DNA from: Candidatus Hydrogenedentota bacterium
Lineage (GTDB): Bacteria > Hydrogenedentota > Hydrogenedentia > Hydrogenedentales > CAITNO01
Reading direction: 5' to 3'
Assembly: GCA_012730105.1 (NCBI GenBank)
Contig: JAAYBJ010000284.1
Coordinates: 7,872 to 71,871, forward strand
Length of the DNA stretch: 64,000 bases
The notes below the pieces were generated by a model. It was not told the DNA's origin and did not search any database. It was given only the letters and a program-made list of their open reading frames with translations. Of this stretch, positions 20,460 to 30,588 are shown piece after piece. Made by a program: the position numbers and the translations under genes. How positions within the stretch are numbered: position 1 is the stretch's first letter; each line of letters starts with the position of its first letter.

Positions 20460-22736
20460 TTAGAGAGTCACCGTATCCGCCTTCATGGTCAGGGTCCATC
20501 GGTTGCCCTCCCGTTGAATCGTCATGGCGCGCTGCATTGTATCGCCATCCAAAGGCCCTTCCTGTCCGGTCCAGGGACACTTGACCACCGGTATCGCACC
20601 CGTTTCGGATTCGATTACCACTGTGGTAACGCACCCATCTTTCATTGTCGCCGAAACGAGGAAAGCGCCTACAGCACGCAATGCAGCGAAGGAGACCTCT
20701 TTCCAACTTTCCGGTATGGCCGGGAATACCCGGATCGTTCCCGTATGGCTTTGCAGCAGCATTTCATTCAAACCGGCGGCAAACGCGAAGTTGCCTTCAA
20801 GCGTAAAGGGTCTGTAGGTAAACTCGCTGTGTCCTTTACCGGACTGGTCGCCGTTACAATGGAAACCATTACGCAGCACGAAGGCTTCCGCGAATGTTTT
20901 CAGCGCCTTTTCCGCCGTGGCGCCGTCACCCGCACGGGCCGCGATGGATGCCAGCCATGAAAAGCTGTAGCCTGTCCACCAATCCGTCCCCAATCTCTTG
21001 AGATCCTCCAGTGTGGCGCGAATCGTCCGTTCATCGTCAACCCCGTTGGAAATATCCACGAGGCCCAGGGGATGAATCGCCATGGCGTGGGAAAAATGGC
21101 GATGTGACGCTTTGAGGGGATGCCCTTCGGCCACCAGCAAGGCGCCTGAACTGTCCAGCGCCAGCGGCGGCATTTCTTCCAGCGCATTGCGCCAGCGTTT
21201 CGTGTCTTCCGGCTTGTTTAGTTCCAGGGCAAGTTCCGCTGTTTTTTCAAACGTCCACCTGATTAACGCATTATCATAATTGGTGATGGACGGGAACCAG
21301 GCCTCGGGATTGTTATCATTGATTTCCGGGGAAGAACTAAGCGGCAGGGTTCTTTTCCCGCCGGTGTCGCGCTCATTTGTCACCGCTTCCAGGAAAATGG
21401 CAACCGCTTCAAGCCACGGATAAGCCCGTTCCTCCAGGAAGCGCCGGTCCCGGCTGAATAGCCAATGCAGGTAGAAATGATGGGCAAGCCAGGCCCCGGT
21501 GGTGGCGGAATGGGTGTACTGGCGCCAGCCGCCGATTTGTTTCAGTTCCAGATCGCTTGTCATAGGCACGTTCAAACCGGGCATGCCGAAGAAACGGTGC
21601 GTCCAGTCTTCGGCATTACGCCGGTTTTCCCAGAGCCAATCCAGGAAGCCGAGCCCCTCCTCAAGGCGGTTGCCGCTGTAACACGGCCAATAACTCAGCT
21701 GCGTGTTCAAGTCATGATGGTAATCCCCTTTCCACGGGGGGAGTTTGCCGTCATCCGCGGTCCACGGCCCCTGCAGCGTGATAGGCGGCGCCGCACGACG
21801 GGCGGCCGCGCCAAATTTATACATATCCAGGTACCACTGCTTTTCGATGGCTGGATCAGGCACCTGAATTCTTCCCTTTTCCCAAAAGCCCCGCCACCAG
21901 TGTTCATGGGAAACACGCAAGGTCTCAACCCGTTCGAGGGCGCCTTCCGCCCGTTCACGCGCAATGGCTTCTGGGTCGGAACCCTCATAACTTGAAGCGA
22001 TGCTCCACGCGGCCACGGTTCCCGTTGCCGTATCCCGCCGGCACAAAGCGGCCGCGAAAGAGAAGTCTTCATACCCTTGTTGCCTAAAGGTGGAACTGTT
22101 TCCTTCCATGCGCCGTTCCGGCGGGGGATATCCCAGACTGGAGAGTTCCCCCATAACAAAGCCTTTGGAAACGTTGTTATCCTCCGAACCCGCGAAGTCC
22201 GGCGCTTTCAGCAAAAGTGAGGCCCCGGGAGCCCCTTCAATTTCAATGATCCCCACCGCCTCTTCGGCGTGTATCCAGACGCGTATTACGACGCCGCCAT
22301 CAAGCGTTATTTCTGAAACCCCGCTTGTCACCTGCAGACGCCCCTCGGAAAAGCTCACCTGTTGGGGAAAAGTGATTTCTATTCTTCCCGCGGGAATTTT
22401 GGTGGGTGCGGGACGGTGGTAGGGTTCATCGTAAAGCGCTTTAAGTTCATCATAACGTCTTTCCCGTTCCCACTGACGCATTTTAACGTAGGAGTAGTCT
22501 TCGGAGTAATATTCCGGAACCGGCCGCAGATCCCACAAGTCGGTCCTGTCCAAAGAAACATACAAGGGCGCTCCCTCTCCCCATACCAGGGCCCCCAGCA
22601 CGCCGTTTCCCAAGGGGAACGCTTCATCCCAGGTGGCCGCGGGCACGGTATACTGCAAACCGTGTTCCGCATTTGGCAACTCGTCGGCAAAAGAGAACAG
22701 GGAGAGTGTTCCCATAAGGATACAGAGGGAGCTCAT
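20460..22736 (-). CDS. Glycoside hydrolase family 95-like (alpha-L-fucosidase/alpha-L-galactosidase-like)
   Basis: WDEAFPLGNG, WKGDYHHDLNTQLSYW, SSPE, HRHFSH and EGNF...EMLLQS motifs; signal peptide. Confidence 0.85.
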   Translation of the reverse strand: MSSLCILMGTLSLFSFADELPNAEHGLQYTVPAATWDEAFPLGNGVLGALVWGEGAPLYVSLDRTDLWDLRPVPEYYSEDYSYVKMRQWERERRYDELKALYDEPYHRPAPTKIPAGRIEITFPQQVSFSEGRLQVTSGVSEITLDGGVVIRVWIHAEEAVGIIEIEGAPGASLLLKAPDFAGSEDNNVSKGFVMGELSSLGYPPPERRMEGNSSTFRQQGYEDFSFAAALCRRDTATGTVAAWSIASSYEGSDPEAIARERAEGALERVETLRVSHEHWWRGFWEKGRIQVPDPAIEKQWYLDMYKFGAAARRAAPPITLQGPWTADDGKLPPWKGDYHHDLNTQLSYWPCYSGNRLEEGLGFLDWLWENRRNAEDWTHRFFGMPGLNVPMTSDLELKQIGGWRQYTHSATTGAWLAHHFYLHWLFSRDRRFLEERAYPWLEAVAIFLEAVTNERDTGGKRTLPLSSSPEINDNNPEAWFPSITNYDNALIRWTFEKTAELALELNKPEDTKRWRNALEEMPPLALDSSGALLVAEGHPLKASHRHFSHAMAIHPLGLVDISNGVDDERTIRATLEDLKRLGTDWWTGYSFSWLASIAARAGDGATAEKALKTFAEAFVLRNGFHCNGDQSGKGHSEFTYRPFTLEGNFAFAAGLNEMLLQSHTGTIRVFPAIPESWKEVSFAALRAVGAFLVSATMKDGCVTTVVIESETGAIPVVKCPWTGQEGPLDGDTMQRAMTIQREGNRWTLTMKADTVTL

Positions 22737-22781
22737 ACGATAATTCCTTTCAAAAAGGGCCAGTTGCCCCGGGAAGCGGCA

Positions 22782-23831
22782 TCATTTCGCGTCTTCCAGT
22801 TCTTTGGGAGTACGCATGACGGCGATGGCATCATCGTAACCGATACTGCCCTCCGAATACAGTTTCTTGACACTGCGGTCCATAGTCAGCATGCCGGTCT
22901 TGGCGCTCGTCTCCAAAATGCTGTAAATCTGATGGGTCTTGTTTTCACGTATCAAGTTACCGATTGCCTGATTGTTGCGGAGCACCTCGCACGCCAGCAC
23001 GCGCCCCTTGCCGTCCTTCCGAGGCAAAAGCCGCTGGGAAATAATCGCAAGCAGGGTTGATGAAAGTTGGAAACGGATCTGCTGCTGCTGCATCGCGGGA
23101 AACACGTCCACAATACGATCCACCGTCTGAATGGCGTCGTTGGTATGGAGTGTCGCGAAGATAAGATGGCCTGTTTCAGCGGCTGTCAGGGCCGCCTGGA
23201 TGGTTTCAATATCCCGCATTTCTCCGATCAGAATGACATCGGGATTTTGCCGGAGCACATATTTCAAGGCGCTGGAAAAACTGTGGGTGTCTCCGCCCAC
23301 TTCACGCTGATCGACAATACTGTGACGATGAAGATGAATATACTCGATGGGGTCTTCAATGGTGATGATGTGGCAGGCGCGGTTCGTATTGATCAGATCT
23401 ATCAGCGATGCCTGCGTGGTCGTTTTTCCGCTTCCGGTGGGCCCCGTCACCAGAACAAGTCCCTGTTTCGCCTTTGCAAGCCCTTTGACATGCTCCGGAA
23501 GTCCAAGTTCGGACAGACTTGGAATTTCTTCGGGAATGGGGCGCAAAGCGGCAGTCACCGCACCTTTCTGATAATACACATTTACACGAAAGCGGTGCTT
23601 GCCGCCCGCGGCCAGGGAAAAATCCAATTCCTTGTCCTTCTCAAAAGACTCCTGCTGTTCCTTTGTCAAAAAACCATAGATCAGGGCCTTTGCCTGTTCC
23701 GGCGTAAAGGGTTCGGTTTTGTGGCGAAACAGTTGCCCGTTAACGCGCAAAATAGGGGGGGCGCCGGCGCTGATCAGCAAATCGGAGGCTTTCTCCTGTC
23801 GAACAAGATCAAAAAGGGCCTTGATATTCAT
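22782..23831 (-). CDS. pilT: Type IV pilus retraction ATPase PilT/PilU
   Basis: ASDL, GPTGSGKTTT, TIEDPIE, LRQNPDVILIGEMRD and AETGHLIFATLH motifs; start taken at MNIKALF. Confidence 0.92.
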   Translation of the reverse strand: MNIKALFDLVRQEKASDLLISAGAPPILRVNGQLFRHKTEPFTPEQAKALIYGFLTKEQQESFEKDKELDFSLAAGGKHRFRVNVYYQKGAVTAALRPIPEEIPSLSELGLPEHVKGLAKAKQGLVLVTGPTGSGKTTTQASLIDLINTNRACHIITIEDPIEYIHLHRHSIVDQREVGGDTHSFSSALKYVLRQNPDVILIGEMRDIETIQAALTAAETGHLIFATLHTNDAIQTVDRIVDVFPAMQQQQIRFQLSSTLLAIISQRLLPRKDGKGRVLACEVLRNNQAIGNLIRENKTHQIYSILETSAKTGMLTMDRSVKKLYSEGSIGYDDAIAVMRTPKELEDAK

Positions 23832-24047
23832 AGAACTCTCCCGTCGGGATTGCCCCGGACGCATTTAGGGTTCCCATCCTACTGCAGTTGCCTTTTGCTG
23901 TTTATTTTAACATGACACACGATGTAAACCGAAGCACTTCCCATACCAGAGCCGGTTTTGATTCCGGCAATCGTGATTCTATACACTCTATTTTTGAACA
24001 GAGTCCAAGAATTCCGTAACCACACACTTTTCGTATGCAAGAGGAAC

Positions 24048-24824
24048 ATGTCTACGCCGCAAATTTTACTTACCAATGACGATGGCATCGGCGCGCCGGG
24101 CCTTCACTATCTGGCCGAGGCGCTTTCGACGGTTGGAGATATACACGTTTACGCGCCCGACCGCCAGCGCAGCGCTGTCGGTCACGGGGTCAGTCTCCAT
24201 TTACCCCTGCGGGTCACAGAGATACGCCCGCGATGGCATATGGTTGACGGGACTCCCGCGGATTGTGTCATTCTCGCAGTCCGCAAATTACTGGGTTTTC
24301 GTCCCGACCTGGTGGTCTCCGGCATCAATCCCGGCGCGAATCTTGGCGATGATGTTACCTATTCGGGCACGGTGGCCGGCGCTTTTGAGGGCATGCTGCT
24401 GGGCATCCCTTCCTTTGCCATATCCATTGTCACGCATCAACCCAAACACTTTGAAACAGCCCAACGCGCGGCCAGCCTGCTTGCCACGCTCATCCTGCGA
24501 CAAGGACTGCCTCAGGACATCATGCTGAACGTCAATCTTCCGGATATTCCACCGGAGGATATTACCGGCATTGAGGCAACAACCATGGGCCGCCGTAACT
24601 ACCAGGATGAAATTGTGGAACGCAAAGATCCCAGGAATGGCACCTATTACTGGATAGGGGGTGACATGCCGGATCATTACGCCACCCCGGGATCCGATTT
24701 TGAAGCGGTAGGCAATCAACGGGTCAGCGTGACGCCTCTCAAACGCAACCTCACGGAATACGATTCGCTGGACGACTTGAGAGGGACCCTGTCTTCGCTG
24801 TCGTACCACGACAAAAACCGTTAA
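24048..24824 (+). CDS. surE: 5'/3'-nucleotidase SurE
   Basis: ILLTNDDG, GTPADCV, SGINPGANLG and YSGTV motifs; RBS GAGGA. Confidence 0.96.
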   Translation: MSTPQILLTNDDGIGAPGLHYLAEALSTVGDIHVYAPDRQRSAVGHGVSLHLPLRVTEIRPRWHMVDGTPADCVILAVRKLLGFRPDLVVSGINPGANLGDDVTYSGTVAGAFEGMLLGIPSFAISIVTHQPKHFETAQRAASLLATLILRQGLPQDIMLNVNLPDIPPEDITGIEATTMGRRNYQDEIVERKDPRNGTYYWIGGDMPDHYATPGSDFEAVGNQRVSVTPLKRNLTEYDSLDDLRGTLSSLSYHDKNR

Positions 24825-24899
24825 GGCGCAAGTAAGCGCCCTTTCGCCCATGTTACTTGTTAAACGCAACCCTATCGTTCTCACAGGAACTTCGGTACC

Positions 24900-25886
24900 A
24901 TGCAGGATGGCGAGGCATCAGATGTAAATAGCCAGCCCAGGGAGATCCAGACGGAAAGCGCTTCACTCTCCCGCCGTTTTCTCGCGCTTTTCCTGTATCT
25001 TGGCTTCGCACCGACCGCCTGCTTTCTTCGCGGCAAACATGCTAGCCCCTATGGGCGAATACACCTCAGGCAGGCTTTGACCTTGTGGAGCGCCCTTGGA
25101 ATCCTTGGCCTGCTTATGCTATCCATCATTGTGTGCTACTCCGTCCTTGTGGTCCGGGACCGTTCGTGGGCGGAAAGCCGTTCCGCAGAAGTCTGGATTC
25201 TCAGTTTCGGACGCAAATGCCTGCTCGTCTGGTCCGTGTTTTGGTTTTTGGGGATCTGGCGTTGCCTTCGAGGGTCTTCCCACCCGGTGCCTTACCTTGA
25301 CTGGCTCTCCCGACGAGTCTGTTTCCGGCGCCTCGGGAGCATCATCGTAAGCCTCTTCTTTGTGGCCATGCTTACCCTCGTGCCGTTCACGTTGTATGCC
25401 GACCATCTCGCCACGGGTGAACCCGAGAAAGGGAGGGTGTTTTTGCTCTACGATGATTTGGACATCTTCCCCCGCCCCCTTTTTTCAGTGGCCATGTACC
25501 GTATGATTCGAGAAACGCTTCATCGCTGGGGGCCCGACAGCGCCGTATTGCTGCCGCTCACCCGAGAGAATATTGACCTTTCCCTCGCCACGGGAAAGAT
25601 TGTTTTCATCGGCTCCCATGGCACTTCCAAAGGCCTGCTTCTTCGGGACGGCTATTATCGGCCCCAGGATGTGGCAATACGGAATGGGGGAAAGGGCCCC
25701 CTGTACGTCTACCTGGCTGGATGTGACAGCGGCACACAGCGCGAGGCCTGGGAGCGGGCGTTCAGCCCCGCCACCGTCAAAAGTTACGACAGAATGACGC
25801 CCACCCTGGAACACCTGCTGTGGTTATGGACTTCAGGGCCACGGCTGGTGCAGGAGATGTCCGACACAACGGATGCACAGCGCTGA
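24900..25886 (+). CDS. Membrane protein with a C-terminal alpha/beta domain (possible clan CD peptidase fold)
   Basis: About 4 hydrophobic segments, then IVFIGSHG and YVYLAGCDSG. Confidence 0.55.
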   Translation: MQDGEASDVNSQPREIQTESASLSRRFLALFLYLGFAPTACFLRGKHASPYGRIHLRQALTLWSALGILGLLMLSIIVCYSVLVVRDRSWAESRSAEVWILSFGRKCLLVWSVFWFLGIWRCLRGSSHPVPYLDWLSRRVCFRRLGSIIVSLFFVAMLTLVPFTLYADHLATGEPEKGRVFLLYDDLDIFPRPLFSVAMYRMIRETLHRWGPDSAVLLPLTRENIDLSLATGKIVFIGSHGTSKGLLLRDGYYRPQDVAIRNGGKGPLYVYLAGCDSGTQREAWERAFSPATVKSYDRMTPTLEHLLWLWTSGPRLVQEMSDTTDAQR

Positions 25887-25894
25887 CGCCCCAA

Positions 25895-26695
25895 CTATTT
25901 CAGTCCCAGCACATCCTGCATATCATACAAGCCGGGAGGCGCGGCGACAGCGAAATGGGCGGCACGCAAGGCGCCACGGGCGAAATTATCCCGGCTGTGA
26001 GCCTTGTGTGTCAGTTCAATTCGTTCACCACAGCCGATAAAAGAAACCGTGTGTTCTCCGACCACGTCACCGCCACGAATGGCATGCACACCAATTTGTC
26101 TTTCCGGCCTGGCCCCGACCATCCCTTCCCGTCCAAAAACGGTATCACCTGGATATTCCAATCCAAGTCCCCGAGCCACCTGTTCCGCCAGTCGGACGGC
26201 CGTGCCACTGGGACTGTCCTTCTTTTGGTTGTGGTGTATTTCCACGATTTCAGCATTGTACTCAAGCCCCAGCCGTTGGGCTACTTCTCTGGCGAGTTTA
26301 AAGAGCAGATTGACACCCATACTCATATTAGGCGCATAAACGATCGGGATTTTGGATGAAAACACGCGAAGTTCTTCCACCTGCGCTGCTGAAAGACCCG
26401 TGGTGCCGATAACCGCCGCTAGTCCTGACGCGTACGCGGCCCCCACATTGCCGAGACAAGACTCCGCGGAGGTGAAATCGATCAGGACGTCGGCCTCCAT
26501 GAGTTGTGAGGCGGCGTCAGCGCCTAGTCTTACCTGATGCGGCATGCCCCGGGAATCCATCAATTGCAAATCCCGGCCGGCGAACTGCGACAGGTCGAAA
26601 GCCCCGGCAATTCTGGTATTTTCCGTCAAAATGGATAGTTCCATTATACGGCGGCCCATCCGGCCGCAGGCGCCTGCGACACATATCGATACCAT
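25895..26695 (-). CDS. dapB: 4-hydroxy-tetrahydrodipicolinate reductase
   Basis: GACGRMG, IDFT, GTTG, EIHHNQKKDSPSGTA and RGGDVVGEH motifs. Confidence 0.97.
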   Translation of the reverse strand: MVSICVAGACGRMGRRIMELSILTENTRIAGAFDLSQFAGRDLQLMDSRGMPHQVRLGADAASQLMEADVLIDFTSAESCLGNVGAAYASGLAAVIGTTGLSAAQVEELRVFSSKIPIVYAPNMSMGVNLLFKLAREVAQRLGLEYNAEIVEIHHNQKKDSPSGTAVRLAEQVARGLGLEYPGDTVFGREGMVGARPERQIGVHAIRGGDVVGEHTVSFIGCGERIELTHKAHSRDNFARGALRAAHFAVAAPPGLYDMQDVLGLK

Positions 26696-26715
26696 GCGTT
26701 ACTCTCCTTGCCTGA

Positions 26716-29700
26716 TTAGTTCAGGGCGCTTAGCGCCCAGTTGATATCGTACCCCGTATCTGACACCGTAAGCAGAATTTCCCGGACGTTTTCATAACAT
26801 GTCACGAGACTATCGCTGTCGGTGGCGGATTCCAAACGCATACTGACCAGGTTTACCAAAAACATCATAAACATCACGCGTTCAAACTGTTCCTTGTTCA
26901 CCCAGCGGCGCTGAGAATACCAATGTATCATTAGAATCGCCTGCATCTCGGGATTTTCGAACAGGGAGAACAGTACCGGCCCCCAGATTTGCACATCCAA
27001 TTCCAGCAGATCGGCACGATGCGCCAGGCAGATGCTGACCAATCGCGCATCCTGCCATGCACGCCATTCATCGCCCGAAAGCGCCTTAAATGCCTCAGCA
27101 ACCGGTTTTATCATAAGCCAATCCCGCATCCATTGATGACCCGTTTGCTCCGCCGCTGGTATTCTCCCCGGGGGATTTGGTTCATCAACTATCGGGGACG
27201 TTAAAGAAACGGATTCTTTGTCTGCCATCTTCTGGTCGTCTACCTCGGTATCCATAGACATTGATTCGGCAAGGCGGCGCATGAGACAAAAAACGATTGG
27301 AACCCGCCAGAACAACAGCAACTGTTCCGGCGGAGAATCCGCCTCGGGCAGGTTGGCGGCGAGATAGGCAAGAACCGGTTCAGGCAAACAAAGGCGTATT
27401 TCTCCTCCCATCCATTTCAACAAAACTCGCAAATCGTCATCTACGTGCCGCAGGATGGCGGCAGCATCACTCTTCTTTCCGGTGAATGCGTTCACTCCGC
27501 GCAGAAACGCGGCAAGTTTGTCCTCCCACGGACCCAATACCCGCCCATCATCGCTATAAGACAGCACATGACGAAGCATGTCGGAACACATAAATTCACG
27601 GAACGGATCCAATATCTCCTCGAGATGCATTTCCAGGTAGGCTTCCTGGACGCTGGAAACGCCGGCTCCGGCGAGTTTGCCGTGCAGACGGCCCCACGAA
27701 TTGTCGAGATCGCGTAGCTGCCGAACAAGGAAAAAAGTTTTGAACTCATAAGCATGCATTTCCAGGTGCAACCCGGTCTTCATCAGACTCTCACAGTGAT
27801 GCAGGTATTCCAGTTGCGTACATTCATCACGCCAAATAACGTAGGCCCGTGGATCCGTGTCCAAGCCCAGGGCCTCGACCAGGGATCGACGCCGAAGCAC
27901 CTTTTCTTCTGCCCGTCCCTCATTGATGGCTGTGGAAGTGTGCAGCACGCCTTTGGTGGTCGTATAGGCGTTGTTGTAGATAATAAGGGCATGCTCTTCG
28001 CCGCGCCCGTTGGCGTAGGCCATGACATTTTCATCCACCCAGCCTTCCGGGGTGGTGAAATCAAAAAGCGCGAATCGTTCCGCACCGCTGAATAGATATC
28101 GTTTTCGTACGATCGGGAAAATTTCCCGTTCGTGACGATGAATAAGGCCGGAATCGGGCTGTTCGTCCCTGTACGCCCGGCGGTATTCCATACCGTACTT
28201 TTCCGTAAGACCTTCAATCTGGCCATGCCCAAACATGGGAAGTCCCGGCATGGTCACCAGCAGCACGGAAACGCCGAAATACTTGTCGCCCTTTCCGAAT
28301 TGGGCTATCGCGGTGTCTTCATCCGGATTGTTCATGAAATTCACAAAACGCTGTAAGACTTCCGGACTGAATTCAAGCACATTTTTTATGGTCTGCCGGA
28401 ACTTGCTGTTATCCTCCATTTTCAGCATGTTCATAAACGCGCTGTTATACACGCGATGCATGCCCAAAGTACGGACAAAATATCCTTCCATCAGCCAGAA
28501 GGCTTCCGCCAACAACAGGGTGTTGGGAGCTTCCCGGGCGACACGATCCACGACTTCGCGCCAAAATTCATTGGGAAACATGCGATCAAATTCGATGCGG
28601 TCCATGCCGAAAGCCGCCCGCGACGGAATGGCCCCGGCATCGCCCGGTTTGGGAAACCAAAGCCGCTGGTAGTGCCGCTTGGCAAGGGTCATGGCGGCAT
28701 CGAATCGTATTATAGGGAAGCGGCGTGCCACTTGAAGTATTGTCTGAATGACCGCTTCCCGCGTATCCTGCAGCATGAAATTTAACTGTGCCGTATCATT
28801 CCACGGCATGCTGGTGCCGTCATTGCCGTGATAAATATAGGTGTTCTTACCGGTCCTTCGGTCCGTGCGTCTGAAGACGACCGCAGCGTCTTTATGGGTC
28901 CAATACCCATCTTCAATGAACAGTCCCACCCGGTCATCTTGGGATAAATCAGGACCATCGAAATGATAGGCGGGGAACGGGGGCTGCTCCAGTTGCAGGA
29001 AGCGTTCAGGATGTTCAATCATCCATTTTGAATAGATGCCCATATGGTTGGGCACCATGTCGCCGGCCAGGCGAATTCCCCGGAGCCCGGCACGATGGGC
29101 GAGATCCTGCAAGGCCGCTTCTCCCCCCAAGTCTTCTGATATCGAATAGTCGTACAAACTATAGGCGGAAGCGGCCGCCTCCGCATTGCCCATGCGCCGC
29201 TTAATCTCCTGCGATGCCGAAGACCGTTCCCAGACACCGATGAGCCACAGGGCGTTAATACCCCAATGCGCGAGTTGATCCAGTTCCGCATCGGGGATGT
29301 CGCTCAGAAAGGCAAGATGTCGCCCGTATTTTTTCGACAATTGGTCAAGCCATACATAGGCTAGTTTGGCCAGCAAGACCACATTAGGCATCCAGTCCTC
29401 ATCGCGGGAAAAGGCTTCCGGCTCCGCGTAATCCGCTTCGCTGAAGGAATACGCGGAAACCGGGCCGGGACCCCACCCCCGAAAGAAGGTTTCTTCCTGC
29501 ATTACTCCGCGTGCGATGAACCAGCGTTCGACAATATCCGCCGGCAACAGATGGCGCCATCGGTTAATCAGGTATTCCAGTTGCCCTTCCAGCGAATCCG
29601 GGCACCTGCGTATGGGCTCCCTGAGGGTTTCAAACAACGTCTGTTGTGTATGTGGGGAAGGGGGCTGCGTGTTCAGCCAGGATTCGAACTCGCCGACAAA

Positions 29701-30279
29701 ACAATACAAGGGCGTTTTTGCCTGCAATGCCGTGTCATCGTACAGGGGGAGAAATCGCTTTAACGCAGGGTTTTCGTGGGCCACCCTCAAAATAAATAGT
29801 TCCCAGAGCGCGTAGTCCGTGTGAGAATGATCATTACTGGTTCCATCCAGAAATTGACGGGCTGACACCGTATTCTCAAGCACGGGCCGCGGAGGATAGT
29901 ACGCGACGAAGGATGCCAACACCTCGTCTGCTTTCTTTTTGCCCAACGTTGCGCAAACATGGGAGAGACCCTGCCCCAGGATCCCCGGAAAACTGATTCT
30001 GGTATACAAGGCCAGCAAATGCCGATAGGCCTCATGAAGCAGCATTAAAGCCAGCAGTTCACCTGAACGTATCGTTTCCGTCGCTTTCGCGTCATCCGAC
30101 ACCCTCTTGTTAAAGGCGTCAGACAACAACCTCGCATACTGCATCCTGCTTGCCGCGGGATCAACTGATGCCCGTGCGACAAGGGCGTCCGCGTCATACA
30201 AGACACGGGCGTCCATGTTCAGAGAAAGCCCGCAGGGAAAATAGAAATCATTCTCCCCGCGTTTTAAAACTTTATTCAT
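26716..30279 (-). CDS. Large GH13 alpha-amylase-family protein
   Basis: DMVPNH, RFDAAM, LAEAFW and NNPDE conserved regions within 1187 aa. Confidence 0.85.
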   Translation of the reverse strand: MNKVLKRGENDFYFPCGLSLNMDARVLYDADALVARASVDPAASRMQYARLLSDAFNKRVSDDAKATETIRSGELLALMLLHEAYRHLLALYTRISFPGILGQGLSHVCATLGKKKADEVLASFVAYYPPRPVLENTVSARQFLDGTSNDHSHTDYALWELFILRVAHENPALKRFLPLYDDTALQAKTPLYCFVGEFESWLNTQPPSPHTQQTLFETLREPIRRCPDSLEGQLEYLINRWRHLLPADIVERWFIARGVMQEETFFRGWGPGPVSAYSFSEADYAEPEAFSRDEDWMPNVVLLAKLAYVWLDQLSKKYGRHLAFLSDIPDAELDQLAHWGINALWLIGVWERSSASQEIKRRMGNAEAAASAYSLYDYSISEDLGGEAALQDLAHRAGLRGIRLAGDMVPNHMGIYSKWMIEHPERFLQLEQPPFPAYHFDGPDLSQDDRVGLFIEDGYWTHKDAAVVFRRTDRRTGKNTYIYHGNDGTSMPWNDTAQLNFMLQDTREAVIQTILQVARRFPIIRFDAAMTLAKRHYQRLWFPKPGDAGAIPSRAAFGMDRIEFDRMFPNEFWREVVDRVAREAPNTLLLAEAFWLMEGYFVRTLGMHRVYNSAFMNMLKMEDNSKFRQTIKNVLEFSPEVLQRFVNFMNNPDEDTAIAQFGKGDKYFGVSVLLVTMPGLPMFGHGQIEGLTEKYGMEYRRAYRDEQPDSGLIHRHEREIFPIVRKRYLFSGAERFALFDFTTPEGWVDENVMAYANGRGEEHALIIYNNAYTTTKGVLHTSTAINEGRAEEKVLRRRSLVEALGLDTDPRAYVIWRDECTQLEYLHHCESLMKTGLHLEMHAYEFKTFFLVRQLRDLDNSWGRLHGKLAGAGVSSVQEAYLEMHLEEILDPFREFMCSDMLRHVLSYSDDGRVLGPWEDKLAAFLRGVNAFTGKKSDAAAILRHVDDDLRVLLKWMGGEIRLCLPEPVLAYLAANLPEADSPPEQLLLFWRVPIVFCLMRRLAESMSMDTEVDDQKMADKESVSLTSPIVDEPNPPGRIPAAEQTGHQWMRDWLMIKPVAEAFKALSGDEWRAWQDARLVSICLAHRADLLELDVQIWGPVLFSLFENPEMQAILMIHWYSQRRWVNKEQFERVMFMMFLVNLVSMRLESATDSDSLVTCYENVREILLTVSDTGYDINWALSALN

Positions 30280-30588
30280 GTTATTCCTTCAGCATTAAAG
30301 CGCAGGTAACGTTTCCCCATCCCCGAATCCGCTGCTTGCTGCAGGGAAACCACCGAAAGCAATTAAGCATATATGATAACACCCCGAAATTGCCACGATG
30401 CAATAGATTGGGCTTCCGTCTGTTCTATCGACGGCTGTTTCCCGGGAAACAGGTTTATTTTACCACACACGCCGTGTCGCCATGTTGTTGCCTTACGAAG
30501 TGGTGTTATATACTCTGAAATAGTGGCCTTATTGTAATCAGGATATATACACGACCTTTGTGTACCAACGCATCAGGATGTATTTGCT

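Noticed and set aside
22782..23831. Isolated pilT as part of a novel secretion system
   Set aside because: Stand-alone pilT/pilU paralogs are common and no other pilus genes are adjacent.
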